A DNA stretch of 64,000 nucleotides. Source: an uncultured Acidimicrobiales bacterium. Lineage in GTDB: Bacteria > Actinomycetota > Acidimicrobiia > Acidimicrobiales > UBA8190. The position numbers and the translations under genes are program-made. Within the stretch, counting starts at the first letter, position 1. The number at the start of each line of letters is the position of its first letter. Shown one piece after another: positions 29,358 to 38,426 of the stretch. The stretch lies in NCBI GenBank assembly GCA_963839605.1, contig CAWIWK010000059.1, positions 1,126 to 65,125 on the forward strand, given 5' to 3'. The notes beneath the pieces are model-generated. The model worked only from the letters and a program-made list of their open reading frames with translations. It was not told the origin of the DNA and did not search any database.

Positions 29358-29663
29358 GTGATGGTGACGAGCGTGGCCGTGATGGCGTCGGGCGTGATCC
29401 TCGACCCCAACACGGGCAATCTCCCCGGCGGTGACGTCCTGCAGAACCTGACGGACGGGATCGGGGGCTGGGCGCTCGTGTTCTGCCTGGTGGGCCTGCT
29501 CGTGGGCGCCGCCGGGTGGGCGCTCGGCGCCCACGCCCAGAACTACCACCAGGCGTTCAACGGACGCCGGACGGTGCTCGTGTCCGGGTTGGCGGCACTG
29601 CTCGTCGGCGCCGCGCCGGCCATCGTCAACTTCTTCTTTCACGCCGGTCAGGGAGTGCACTGA
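29358..29663 (+). CDS. small two-helix membrane protein in the VirB2/TrbC-pilin position
   Basis: 101 aa with a hydrophobic N-terminus and a second helix (GWALVFCLVGLLVGAAGWALG, LVSGLAALLVGAAPAIV). First gene of the module and has a good SD. Confidence 0.45.
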   Translation: MMVTSVAVMASGVILDPNTGNLPGGDVLQNLTDGIGGWALVFCLVGLLVGAAGWALGAHAQNYHQAFNGRRTVLVSGLAALLVGAAPAIVNFFFHAGQGVH

Positions 29664-29665
29664 CC

Positions 29666-30937
29666 GTGCACGGCGCGCTCGGTGTGTGTGCCGGTCTGGA
29701 TCCGGTGACGGGTGGTGCCTGCGGCGCGGCCAGCGGCGCCCTGGGGGGCGCGGTGGGGTCGGCGGTGGGCGGCCTCTTCGCCGACGCCGGGTTATGGGTC
29801 GTGTCGGGAGCGGTGTGGCTCATGAACGAGGTGGGCCGCGCCATGACGGCGAGCACGGCGGTGGAGCTCGACGCCACGTGGTTCAAGGCCCACGAGGCCG
29901 TCATGGCCGGACTGGCGGCAGCTGTGGTCGTCCCCATGGTGTGCTGTGCCGCCATCCAGGCCGTCTACCGCCAGAGCCCGTCGATGCTGGTGCGGAGCTT
30001 TCTCGTCTATCTGCCGTTGTCGGTCCTTTTGACGGGGGTGGCCGTGACGCTCGTGCGCCTTGCCCTTGCTGTCACCGACGCCCTTTCCGCCCAGGTGATG
30101 GGGGGCGCCGGCGCGAGCACGTCGAGCCTGTTCACCGACCTGGCCGTGGCGCTGGCGGGAGGGGTGGGTGGTCCGGCACCGGGCTTCGCCGTCTTCGCCG
30201 GCGGCCTGCTCGTGGCGGCGGGGGCGCTCGTGCTGTGGCTCGAGCTCGTGGTGCGGGCCGCAGCCGTGTCGGCCGCCGTGCTCTTCTTGCCCCTGGCGCT
30301 CGCCGCGCTCGTCTGGCCGGCGGTGTCGCACTGGTGCCGGCGCCTGGCCGACACGCTCGTGGCGCTCATCCTGTCGAAGCTGGTGGTGGCGGCGGTGCTC
30401 TCGTTGGGCGTGGCCGCGCTGGCCGGCGGCGGGTCGTCGGTGGGGACGGGGCAGCCGGGGGGCTTCGCCGCCGTGGTCACGGGCATCGCCCTGCTCCTGC
30501 TGGCCACGCTGTCACCGTTCACGCTCCTCCGCCTGGTACCGGCGGTGGAGGCGGGAGCGATCGCCCATCTGGAGGGCCTGCGACATCGGGCGGTGAGCTC
30601 GGCCCGCTCCTCGGCGCTGACGGGCGCGGACGTGGCCCGGGACCTGTCGCGCCGGGGCGACGGTAGCGGGCACGGCTCCGCCGATACGGGTGCGGTCGGC
30701 ACGAGCGGTGCACGCACCGTCGCCGGTGTCGTGGCCGGCGTCGGCGGTGACGTTGCGGGTGCGGGTGTAGGTGCAGGTGCAGGTGGGGGTGCGGTTGGAG
30801 GAACGGGCGCCGCCGCGCCGCTCGAACCGCCCGCGCTCAACGAGACCACATGGGAAGAGGCGGGCCGACAGGTCGCCGTCGCCGCGTCGTCGCCGGGGAC
30901 GCCGCAGGGCCGGGGCGACGCGCCCTCCCAGGGGTGA
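29666..30937 (+). CDS. polytopic membrane protein, VirB6/TrbL-like
   Basis: About 423 aa with six or more TM helices, followed by a Gly/Ala-rich cytoplasmic tail. GTG start lies 2 nt after the previous stop. Confidence 0.5.
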   Translation: MHGALGVCAGLDPVTGGACGAASGALGGAVGSAVGGLFADAGLWVVSGAVWLMNEVGRAMTASTAVELDATWFKAHEAVMAGLAAAVVVPMVCCAAIQAVYRQSPSMLVRSFLVYLPLSVLLTGVAVTLVRLALAVTDALSAQVMGGAGASTSSLFTDLAVALAGGVGGPAPGFAVFAGGLLVAAGALVLWLELVVRAAAVSAAVLFLPLALAALVWPAVSHWCRRLADTLVALILSKLVVAAVLSLGVAALAGGGSSVGTGQPGGFAAVVTGIALLLLATLSPFTLLRLVPAVEAGAIAHLEGLRHRAVSSARSSALTGADVARDLSRRGDGSGHGSADTGAVGTSGARTVAGVVAGVGGDVAGAGVGAGAGGGAVGGTGAAAPLEPPALNETTWEEAGRQVAVAASSPGTPQGRGDAPSQG

Positions 30938-31021
30938 CGCCGCCCCCGGCGGACCGGGGCCTGCGACCGGCGACGGGCGCGACGCCCCGGGTGGCACCCG
31001 CCGTCCCCCCGGGTCGGATCG

Positions 31022-32462
31022 GTGAGCTCCGACGACGGGCGGCCGGCGCGGTACCGCTTCGGGCCCTTGGAGCGACGGGGGCTCGTGGCGGGATGGCGCG
31101 GCGGGCAGATCGCCGCCGTGGCGGCCGGGCTGCTCGTGGCCGTGGCCGTGGTGCGCGTTTCTTCTTCTCCCTTCGGGGTCGTGGCGGCGGTGGCGGTGGT
31201 GGCGATGAGCGTGGCCGCCGCCACCTGGCCCATCGGCGGACGGACGGCGGAGGAGTGGGCTCCCGATGCCCTGCGTCACGTCGCCGCCCGCAAGGGCCGG
31301 CAGCGTCCGGTCCGTCGAGGCGTGCTCGACGCGCTGCGCGTCGTTCCCGTCGAGGTCGACGGGCTCGGACAGGTGGGCGTTCTCCACGACGCGCTGGGTG
31401 GCACCTGCACGGCGGTGGTGCGCGTGTCGGCGCCGGGAATCGTCCTCCTGGGAGAGCAGGACAAGGTCCGACGCGTGGACGACTGGGCGGGCGTGCTGGC
31501 CGCGCTGGCACGCGACCGCTCGACCGTGCACCGGCTGCAGTGGATCGAGCGGTCCGCTCCCGCCCCGGTGGCTGCGGTCCCTCGGGAACCGGCGGGCCAT
31601 GCCGCGGCCCGCGCCTCCTACGAGGCACTGCTGTCGGCGGAGGCGGGTGCGTCGTGGTCGCACGAGGTGTACCTGGCCGTCACCGTGCGGGCCACCAGGT
31701 CACAGTGGACGCGTCCGGTGGCGAAGGTCGACGCGGCGGCGTGTGCATCGTTGTTGCGCGAGGTGGCCGGTCTCAGACGCCGGCTCGCCGACGCGTCGCT
31801 CGACGTCAGCGCCGTGCTCCCTCCGCACACGGTCGTCGCCCTCGTGCGCGACACGTTCGACCCGGGTCCGTCGCCCGAGGCCCCCGCGCCTGCGGGCTCG
31901 GCGCCGGTGCGGATGGGGGCACCGGCGGCTCCGGTGGAGGGCGGCGCATGGCCGTGGCCCATGGCGGTGTCGGTGGAGTGGGGGCGCCTGCACGCCGACG
32001 CCGGCTGGCATGCCACGTTCTGGGTGTCGGAGTGGCCCCGCATCGACGTGGGCCCCGACTTCCTGGCGCCTCTCTTGCTCCCCTCGGGGGTCCGGCGCAC
32101 CGTGTCGGTGGTCATGGAGCCGCTCGGCCCGGTGGAGGCCGCCCGGAAGATCGAGAAAGGCGCGCACCGCCGACGTCGCCGACGCCGAGTTGCGACGCCG
32201 CGGCGGGTTCCTGGCCACGGCGCGGCGCCGGCGCGAGGAGGAGGTGCTCGCCCGACGCGAGCTGGAGCTGGCCGACGGGCACGCCCACTACCGCTTCACC
32301 GGCTACGTCACGGTGGGCGCACCGGACCCCGACGCACTCGACGAGGCGGTGGCGGCGGTGGAGCAGTCGGCGGCCCGGGCCGGCATCGAGCTGCGGCGCT
32401 GCTACGGCGCCCAGCTGGAGTCGCTTCTGTGCACGCTCCCCTTCGGACGCGGGCTTCCCTGA
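31022..32462 (+). CDS. PrgI/VirB3-like N-terminus with large C-terminal domain (SCO6880-family-like); 1 frame disruption ~32160
   Basis: YRFGPLERRGLVAGWRGGQIAAVAAGLLVAVAVV plus a second TM helix, then a ~400-aa soluble region. Tail ...DAELRRRGGFLATARRRREEEVLARRELELADGHAHYRFTGYVTV... is in ORF 31266..32462. Confidence 0.55.
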
Positions 32463-32472
32463 GTCCGCCGCC

Positions 32473-33819
32473 ATGGGACACGGCGCCCACGAGGCCACCA
32501 CCCGCCATCTCGGCGCTCTCTTTCCGTTCCTGTCCGAACCGGGCCTGGGCATCGACGGCGCCCTGGTGGGACGCGACCTGCTCGGCGGACCCTTCCGCCA
32601 CGACCCCTTCGCGCTGTACCGGTCGGGGGCTGTCACCAATCCCAACATGGTGGTGGTCGGGCAGATCGGCAGGGGCAAGAGCGCGTTCGTGAAGACCTAT
32701 CTGTGGCGCCAGGCCGTGTTCGGTCGCCGGGCGTGGGTCGTCGACCCCAAGGGCGAGTACGGCGCGCTGGCCCGTGCCTGGGGTGTCACACCGGTGGCGC
32801 TGCGCCCGGGAGGACGCATCCGGTTGAACCCACTCGACGCTCCCGCCGCCCGCGACCGCCACGACGCCCAGGACGCGGTGCGCATGCGGGCCGAGTTGCT
32901 GGCGTCGTTGTCGTCGGCGAGCCTCGGCCGGTCCCTGGCACCCCCGGAGCGCACCGCCCTGGAGCTGGCGGTGGCCGAGGTCTCTCTCCCGCCACCGGCC
33001 CGGTCGGCGGGGGCGCAGCCGCCGTGCCCCACCCTGCCGGCGGTGGTGGAGGCGCTCCTGCACCCAGCCGAGTCGGCGGCCGCCACCATCGGCACCGACG
33101 CGCCCGGCCTGGCCGCCGACGGCCGGGACGTGGCGCTCGAGTTGCGACGGCTGGTGGCCGGCGACCTGCGCGGCATGTTCGACGGGCAGACCTCGGAGGG
33201 CCTGCGCCTCGACGCCTCGCTCGTCGTCCTCGACCTCTCGGCGGTGTATCACTCCGCCGCCCTGGGCGTGCTCATGACGTGCGCCACCGCCTGGCTGCAC
33301 GCCGCGCTGGACGGCGTGGGTGCGCACGGCGCGCCGGACCCCGACGTCCCCGCGCCGACGGGCACGGGGCGTGACGGGGGCGTCGTGCTGGTGGTGGACG
33401 AGGCGTGGGCCATCCTCGCCAACCTGGCGGTGGCGCGTTGGCTGCGATCGTCGTGGAAGCTGTCGCGGGCCCGGGGCGTGGCCAACGTGGCGGTGGTGCA
33501 CCGGCTGTCGGACCTCGACGCGTCGGGGGCGACGGGATCCGAGCAGGTCGGCCTGGCCCAGGGTTTGCTGGCGGACTCCGAGACACGCGTCATCTACGCC
33601 CAACCGCCGGGCGAGATCGAGCGCTCCGCCGCTGCGCTCGGCCTGTCGTCGACCGAGGCCGACATCGTGCCCCACCTGCGCCGGGGCGTGGCCCTGTGGA
33701 AGGTGGGGACGCGGTCGTTCCTGGTGGAGCACCGGCTGTCTCCGCACGAGGTGGCCATGGTGGACACCGACGCCCGCATGGGCAGGGGCGAGGCACACGG
33801 GGGAGAGACGCAGCGGTGA
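32473..33819 (+). CDS. VirB4/TraC-like conjugation-type ATPase (short, C-terminal ATPase domain only)
   Basis: 448 aa. Walker A VVVGQIGRGKSAFVK, Walker B VVLVVDEAWAIL, downstream RGVANVAVVHRLSDL. Confidence 0.7.
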   Translation: MGHGAHEATTRHLGALFPFLSEPGLGIDGALVGRDLLGGPFRHDPFALYRSGAVTNPNMVVVGQIGRGKSAFVKTYLWRQAVFGRRAWVVDPKGEYGALARAWGVTPVALRPGGRIRLNPLDAPAARDRHDAQDAVRMRAELLASLSSASLGRSLAPPERTALELAVAEVSLPPPARSAGAQPPCPTLPAVVEALLHPAESAAATIGTDAPGLAADGRDVALELRRLVAGDLRGMFDGQTSEGLRLDASLVVLDLSAVYHSAALGVLMTCATAWLHAALDGVGAHGAPDPDVPAPTGTGRDGGVVLVVDEAWAILANLAVARWLRSSWKLSRARGVANVAVVHRLSDLDASGATGSEQVGLAQGLLADSETRVIYAQPPGEIERSAAALGLSSTEADIVPHLRRGVALWKVGTRSFLVEHRLSPHEVAMVDTDARMGRGEAHGGETQR

Positions 33820-35324
33820 ACGGCCTCGTCCCCGCCGCCCTGGCGTTGGCGGTGGGGTGGGGTCTCGTGGGCTCGCGTCGCGGTGCGCTCGGCGCCGGTG
33901 GCGTGCCCCGGATCCCGGGCCGCGCCCCGGGTGCCCGGCGCGGTGGCGGCGGGCACGGTCTGACGGCCCGGCGCCACGAGCCTGAGCCGGCGCGCTGGGC
34001 CACGCGGCGCGACCTGGGGCCGCTGGTGGTGTCCACACCGACGGCCGGCCGCCTGTCGCTCGGGCTCGCCCATCACCGGCTGGTGGCCGCCGAGCCCGGG
34101 CACTCGGTCCTCGTGGTCGGACCCACCCAGAGCCGCAAGACGAGCGGCTTCGCCGTGCCCGCCATCCTCGAGTGGGAGGGGCCGGTGGTGGCGGCGTCGG
34201 TGAAGGCGGACCTCGCCCGCCACACCGCGGCGTGGCGGCGCAGCCGCGGCCAGGTTTGGGTGTACGACCCGTCGGCGGTCACCTCGCTGCCCGGGGCGTC
34301 GTGGTCGCCGCTCGACGCCTCGGTCACGTGGGAGGGGGCACGCCGTGCGGCCGCGTCGCTCACCGAGGTGGCGCGTGGCTCCGCCGGATCGCTCACCGAC
34401 GGCGACTTCTGGTACGCCACGGCGGCCAAGTTGCTGGCCCCGTTGCTCCAGGCGGCGGCGGTGTCGGGTCGGACCATGGCCGACGTGGTGCGCTGGCTCG
34501 ACACCCAGGAGGTGGACGAGGTGTACGAGGCGCTCTCCGCCGGCGGCGACGGGCGCGCCCTGCAGGCGGCGCAGGCGTCGTGGGGGCGCGACGAGCGCCA
34601 GCGCAGCGCCGTGTACACGACGGCCGAGACGGCGGTGGAGGTGTTCGCCGATCCGGTGGTGGCGGCCTCGGCGCACGCCGGTGCGGCCGTCGATCCCGTG
34701 CGCCTCCTCGACGGCCACAACACGCTGTACCTGTGCGCGCCGGCCCACGACCAGCGGCGGCTGCGCCCGCTGTTCGCCACGCTGGTGGCGCAGGTGGTGG
34801 AGGCCGCCTACGAGCAGCGCCACGCAACGGGCGCGCCGCTCGACCCTCCCCTGCTCGTCGTCCTGGACGAAGCGGCCAACGTCGCCCCGCTGGCCGAGCT
34901 CGACGTGCTGGCGTCGACGGCCGCCGGACACGGCGTACAGCTGGTGACGGTGTGGCAGGACCTGGCCCAGCTCCATGCCCGCTACGGCACGAGAGGCCAG
35001 AGCGTGGTGAACAACCACCGGGTCAAGGTGTTCCTGTCGGGAATCGCCGACCCCGCCACCCTCGAGCACGCCAGCGCGCTCATCGGGGACACCGAGCAAC
35101 GGGCGTGGGCCACGACGGTCGACGGCTTCGGCGCCACGTCGGTGACCGACTCCCCCACGCCGCGCCGTCTGGCCCCGGCCGACGCCCTGCGCCGGGTGCG
35201 CCCGGGCGAGGCGGTGGCGGTGTCGGGCCATCTGCCCCCGGTCCACCTGAGGCTGCGGGCCTGGCAGGACGACCGGGGGCTGCGGCGGCGGGTCGAATCC
35301 GCCCCGGAGCCCTCCCCGCCGTGA
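33816..35324 (+). CDS. type IV coupling protein (VirD4/TraG/TraD family)
   Basis: 502 aa. GTGA overlap with the previous gene. N-terminal TM, Walker A VVGPTQSRKTSGF, Walker B LLVVLDEAANV, then VTVWQDLAQL. Confidence 0.7.
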   Translation: MNGLVPAALALAVGWGLVGSRRGALGAGGVPRIPGRAPGARRGGGGHGLTARRHEPEPARWATRRDLGPLVVSTPTAGRLSLGLAHHRLVAAEPGHSVLVVGPTQSRKTSGFAVPAILEWEGPVVAASVKADLARHTAAWRRSRGQVWVYDPSAVTSLPGASWSPLDASVTWEGARRAAASLTEVARGSAGSLTDGDFWYATAAKLLAPLLQAAAVSGRTMADVVRWLDTQEVDEVYEALSAGGDGRALQAAQASWGRDERQRSAVYTTAETAVEVFADPVVAASAHAGAAVDPVRLLDGHNTLYLCAPAHDQRRLRPLFATLVAQVVEAAYEQRHATGAPLDPPLLVVLDEAANVAPLAELDVLASTAAGHGVQLVTVWQDLAQLHARYGTRGQSVVNNHRVKVFLSGIADPATLEHASALIGDTEQRAWATTVDGFGATSVTDSPTPRRLAPADALRRVRPGEAVAVSGHLPPVHLRLRAWQDDRGLRRRVESAPEPSPP

Positions 35325-35356
35325 ACGGCCCGCCGTGAACGACCCGCCGTGAACGA
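35315..35356 (+). repeat. 3 x 14-bp tandem repeat cccgccgtgaacg(g/a), placing TGA in all three frames
   Basis: TGA at 35322, 35336 and 35350, each 14 nt apart. The first is the coupling-protein stop. Confidence 0.85.
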
Positions 35357-35358
35357 AA

Positions 35359-35390
35359 GGCGCATCGCCCCCGTAGTCACGGCGATCGCC
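35359..35390 (+). terminator. GC hairpin after the T4SS-like operon (no T-tract)
   Basis: ggcgcatcgcc - cccgtagtcac - ggcgatcgcc (10-bp stem with one bulge). Confidence 0.3.
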
Positions 35391-35433
35391 TCCAGAGATC
35401 CCCAGGGATCCGCCTGAGACAGGACGGTGCGCC

Positions 35434-36357
35434 ATGGCCCCCCACCAAGAGGACGGACGCCGTCTGCATTCCGGCCACAGCGTCGCGGCGCCGGCCCGCC
35501 CCCGCCTTCGGGCGGCGCCCGCGCTGATGGCCGTGGTGGCCCTGATGGCCCTGGCGGCGGGATGGTCGATGCCGGCAGGGGCCGCATCGGGCACGGTCGA
35601 CGTCGGGACCAACGCCACGTTCGGATCGATCCTCACCGATGCCGGCGGACTCGCCCTCTACACCTTGAACACCGATCACAACGGCATGAGCACGTGCACC
35701 GGCTCGTGCGCCCAGGTGTGGCCGGCGTTGACCGTGCCGGTCGGCACCACGCCGAGCGCCGGTCCCGGCGTGCCGGGGACGGTGGCGGCGGTGGTGCAGG
35801 CCAACGGCACCGACCAGGTGACCTACGACGGGGCCCCGCTCTACACGTTCCTGAGCGACTCGGCCCCGGGCCAGGTCACCGGCAGCGGAGTGGCCGGCTT
35901 CGCCGTGGTGCGGGTCACCCCGACGACGCCTCCCACGACCACCGCCACGACGACACCCCCGCCTCCCACCACGGCCCCGCCCTCTCCCACGGCGACCACC
36001 TCCCCGACCACCTCCCCGACCACGACGCGCTCCCCGGTGACATCGTCGGGGGGCTCCTCCACCACGCCGTCCTCCGGGTCGGGCGCATCGCCGGGATCGC
36101 CGGGCGCGGCGCGGCCCGCGGCGGGCACGTCGGCTCCCACCGCCGCTTCGACGTCGGCGGCGGGCTCGCTCGCCTTCACCGGGCCCGGCCCGGGGATCGT
36201 GTGGTTGGCCCTGGCCGGCGTGGGCCTGCTCGTGGCCGGTGTCGTGTTGCTGCTGGTGGTCCGAGGACACGCGCTGCTCCGAAACGAGCCATGGCAGGGA
36301 GCCCCCGCCCGGCCCGGGTGGGGGAGGTCCACCACGACGGTTACGGTGGCCTCGTGA
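35434..36357 (+). CDS. secreted, sortase-anchored (LAFTG) surface protein with two COG4315/Lipoprotein_15-type repeats and a Thr/Pro-rich stalk
   Basis: Signal peptide ...LAAGWSMPAGAASG. GSILTDAGGLALYTLNTDHNGMSTCTGSCAQVWP and QVTYDGAPLYTFLSD. TTPPTTTATTTPPPPTT stalk. LAFTG plus TM plus a basic tail. Confidence 0.7.
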   Translation: MAPHQEDGRRLHSGHSVAAPARPRLRAAPALMAVVALMALAAGWSMPAGAASGTVDVGTNATFGSILTDAGGLALYTLNTDHNGMSTCTGSCAQVWPALTVPVGTTPSAGPGVPGTVAAVVQANGTDQVTYDGAPLYTFLSDSAPGQVTGSGVAGFAVVRVTPTTPPTTTATTTPPPPTTAPPSPTATTSPTTSPTTTRSPVTSSGGSSTTPSSGSGASPGSPGAARPAAGTSAPTAASTSAAGSLAFTGPGPGIVWLALAGVGLLVAGVVLLLVVRGHALLRNEPWQGAPARPGWGRSTTTVTVAS

Positions 36358-37705
36358 CCCACGACCCACCGGGCGCGGCCCGCGCACCGGCCGATCCGGA
36401 CCTCACCCGTCTGGTGGCCGAGCGCAGCGCCGAGCTGCACCGCACGGCGCGCGCCACCCGCGACCGTGCCGCCGCCGACGGCACCCTGGTGTGGGACCCG
36501 TTCGACCCGGCCTGGGTTCGGGACCCTTACGCCGTGTACGCCGAGTTGCGCCGCGCCAATCCGGTGCACCGCAGCCCGCTCGGGTTCTGGGTGCTCACCC
36601 GCCACGCCGACTGCCTCGCCGTGCTGCGCGACCGTCGGGTGAGCAGCGACGGGCGCAACATCGAACCGGGCAGCTTCCGGGAGCTGCGCGCCGTGGACAT
36701 CGACGTGCTGCGGGCCGACGACGCCGTCCTGGCCGAGATGGCCCCGTTCCTGTTCCGCGACCCCCCCGACCACACGCGCCTGCGGGGCTCGTGCAGAAGG
36801 CGTTCACGCCCCGTGTGGTGGAGGGCCTGCGCCCCCGGGTGGAGGAGATCTGCGAGGAGCTGCTCGACGCCGCCCTCGAGCGGGGCGAGGCGGATCTCGT
36901 GGCCGACTTCGCCTACCCCCTGCCGGTGCAGATCATCGTCGAGATGCTGGGCGTTCCGGCGCAGGACCACGCCCAGTTCCGGGAGTGGTCCGAGGCGCTG
37001 GCACGCGGCCTCGATCCCGACTTCCTCCTCCCCGCCGAGGCCGTGCAGCAGCGTCTCGGGGCCGTCCTGTCGTTCGCGCAGTACTTCGCATCGCTCATCG
37101 AGGAGCGCCGCGCCCAGCCCGGGGACGACCTCCTCAGCCGGTTGATCGCGGCCGAGGAGCAAGGCGACGTGCTCACCCAGGGTGAGCTGTTGTCGACGTG
37201 CATCCTGCTCCTCGTGGCCGGCCACGAGACGACCGTCAACCTGATCGCCGGCGGCACCCTCGCCCTGCTCGAGCATCCCGACCAGATGGCGCGCGTCCGC
37301 GACGACCCGTCGGTGCTGCGCAGCGGCGTGGAGGAGATGCTGCGCTTCACCCCGCCGGTGCAGCTGACCGGCCGCGTCGCCCTCGAGGACATGGACGTGG
37401 CCGGTGTCCGCGTCGGCCGGGGCGAGTTCTGCATGCTCCTCATCGGCTCCGCCAACCGGGACCCCGACGCCTTCACCGACCCCGACACCTTCGACGTCGG
37501 GCGGCAGGACAACAACCACCTCGGCTTCGGCTTCGGCATCCACCACTGCCTGGGGGCGTCGCTCGCCCGCCTCGAGACGCAGGTCGCCGTGTCGGCCTTG
37601 CTGCGCCGGGCCCGGCACGTCGAGCGCAGCAGCGACACGCTCACGTACAAGGAGAACATCGTCCTGCGGGGACTCGACGCCCTCCCCGTGCGCCTGTCGG
37701 CCTGA
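36354..37705 (+). CDS. cytochrome P450; 1 frame disruption ~36785
   Basis: FRDPPDHTRLR, LLLVAGHETT, EEMLRF and FGFGIHHCLGASLA (heme Cys loop). GTGA overlap with the surface-protein gene. Confidence 0.85.
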
Positions 37706-37862
37706 TCCCCCGGAACCCTCGCGGCACGCGCCGCCATCGCGGACCAACGGCCCTGGGCGTGGTGCCGGGGAACGGGCACGATGACAGGAGCCGCCGGGAG
37801 ACGACGGTCCGGCAGGTCGGAGCGGGCCGCTCGGCGACCTCCCCGAAGGGGGGTGGAGCGTC

Positions 37863-38407
37863 ATGGCCGCTGCCACCGGAACCGACACCTACCATCCCCT
37901 GTGGGCGAGACCCCACCCCCGGCCCGTGGCGCCCGGGCGCAGCCCGTGGGCACGTCCGGTGCCGGCGCCGGGGCAGCCGCTGCATCCCGGATGGGACCGG
38001 CCCGACCCGCGTCCGCGCTGGTTCCGGCGCATCCCCCGAGCCCTTACGCGCTGGTGGTGGGAGCGCTCGTGTGCGTGGTGCTGGCCATCGTGGTGGTCGA
38101 GGTGTGGGGCGCCGGCGCCGGCTACCAGGGTGTCGTGACGTCGGTAACCCCGGTCGGCGCCGACCAGGTCGCCGTGACCGTCGAGGTGTCGAACGCCACG
38201 GGCACGGCGGGCTCACCGACGTGCCAGATCCAGCTGTACTCCTCCGCCTATGTGGCGGGCGACGCCGGTGCCACGGGCCTGGCCACCTTCACGGTGGGTC
38301 GCAGCATCCCGGCCGGTGCCACGTCGGTGTCCGTGCACGTCGTCACGGTCACGGCGGGCCGCGCCGATGCCATCTCGGTCGAGGGGTCGAGCATCAGCTG
38401 CCGGTGA
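37863..38407 (+). CDS. DUF4307-like single-pass membrane protein; 1 frame disruption ~38035 (C5 run)
   Basis: Pro-rich cytoplasmic N-terminus ..PRWFRRIP, TM YALVVGALVCVVLAIVVV, then a beta-rich domain VTSVTPVGADQVAVTVEVSN..C. Confidence 0.45.
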
Positions 38408-38426
38408 CGCGCATCTGCGGCGGTGC

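Noticed and set aside
29358-35324. Calling the T4SS-like block a mobile element (ICE)
   Set aside because: No integrase, relaxase, replication or partition genes, tRNA-linked att site or flanking direct repeats are visible in the window, and base composition matches the flanks. I therefore report it as CDSs plus a finding, not as a mobile_element. Elements outside the window cannot be excluded.
33594-35636. 680-aa ORF on the minus strand antisense to the coupling-protein gene. Similar long antisense or alternative-frame ORFs include 5990..7354, 39350..40903, 2846..4330, 30837..31628 and 36527..37888.
   Set aside because: Arg/Gly/Pro/Ala-rich low-complexity translations with no recognisable motifs. 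Each lies opposite or out of frame to a gene with clear family signatures. Stop-codon scarcity in very GC-rich DNA produces such ORFs routinely.
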